Part shown: positions 23,920 to 24,000 of the stretch, piece by piece
How the letters are laid out: every line of letters begins with the position of its first letter
Numbering within the stretch: position 1 is the stretch's first letter
Source: Methylothermaceae bacterium
Lineage (GTDB): Bacteria > Pseudomonadota > Gammaproteobacteria > Methylococcales > Methylothermaceae
Length of the DNA stretch: 24,000 bases
Direction: 5' to 3'
Assembly: GCA_026981855.1 (NCBI GenBank)
Contig: JALSIB010000004.1
Location: 1-24,000, forward strand
Notes under the pieces: model-generated
What the model was told of the DNA's origin: nothing
The model's input: the letters and a program-made list of their open reading frames with translations, nothing else
The model's database searches: none
Made by a program: the position numbers and the translations under genes

Positions 23920-24000
23920 TCACTCCGTCCGTCCCAGACTCCATTGGCCTGAATATTCGATGTAGGGGGAACGGAACCAGAAATAGCGGGCGGTCAGCTT
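23920..24000 (-). CDS. 3' end of the upstream T4SS gene (TIGR03750-like by position), truncated by the window edge
   Basis: The minus-strand frame reads ...KLTARYFWFRSPYIEYSGQWSLGRTE-stop (TGA 23922..23920), 4 nt before the next ATG. Confidence 0.5.
   Translation of the reverse strand, partial: KLTARYFWFRSPYIEYSGQWSLGRTE

Larger units (their letters stand above)
4190..24000. mobile_element. Integrative conjugative element, ICEclc/PFGI-1/ICEHin1056 (MPF-G) type; partial, continues beyond the right edge
   Basis: The ordered set runs recombinases, relaxase-like gene, cargo, then TraG_N through the TIGR0375x genes and the VirB4/TraC-like ATPase. This matches the known end architecture of PFGI-1-class ICEs. 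The left boundary is only approximate: it was placed at a composition change near 4.19 kb, and no att repeat was identified. Confidence 0.8.

Overview
This window appears to be a chromosome/ICE junction from a GC-rich proteobacterium. All family names come from motif recognition by eye; no database search was run.

Bases 1-3.7 kb look like ordinary chromosome. They carry a three-gene glycosylation cluster on the plus strand: a TMTC/PMT-like membrane protein with TPR repeats, a GT4 glycosyltransferase, and a small DUF2304-like membrane protein. A tRNA-Thr(CGU) follows on the minus strand.

From about 4.2 kb to the right edge, the content is that of an integrative conjugative element (ICE) of the ICEclc / PFGI-1 / ICEHin1056 (MPF-G) lineage. 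It has three parts:

1. A visibly AT-richer recombination/processing module at 4.2-8.1 kb. It holds two different tandem tyrosine recombinases, about 1 kb of hairpin-dense non-coding DNA, and a short TraI_2_C-type relaxase-like protein that lacks recognisable catalytic motifs.
2. A patchwork cargo region at 8.1-13 kb. It holds a serine recombinase, a DUF4258/YgiT-type toxin-antitoxin pair, a KfrA-like / 74-aa / WGR operon, a GNAT-toxin remnant, an Mrr-type nuclease fused to a topoisomerase-type zinc ribbon, a SHOCT fragment, and a membrane protein.
3. A long minus-strand, translationally coupled type IV secretion operon at 13-24 kb. The gene order is TIGR03750(partial)-03746-03749-03752-03751 lipoprotein-VirB4/TraC-like ATPase-03757-03756-03755-membrane protein-TraG_N.

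No CRISPR array, rRNA or IS element was seen. The most interesting candidate for something undescribed is the AT-rich twin-recombinase / structured-DNA / degenerate-relaxase module. It may be a replaced ICE end module or a nested mobilizable element.
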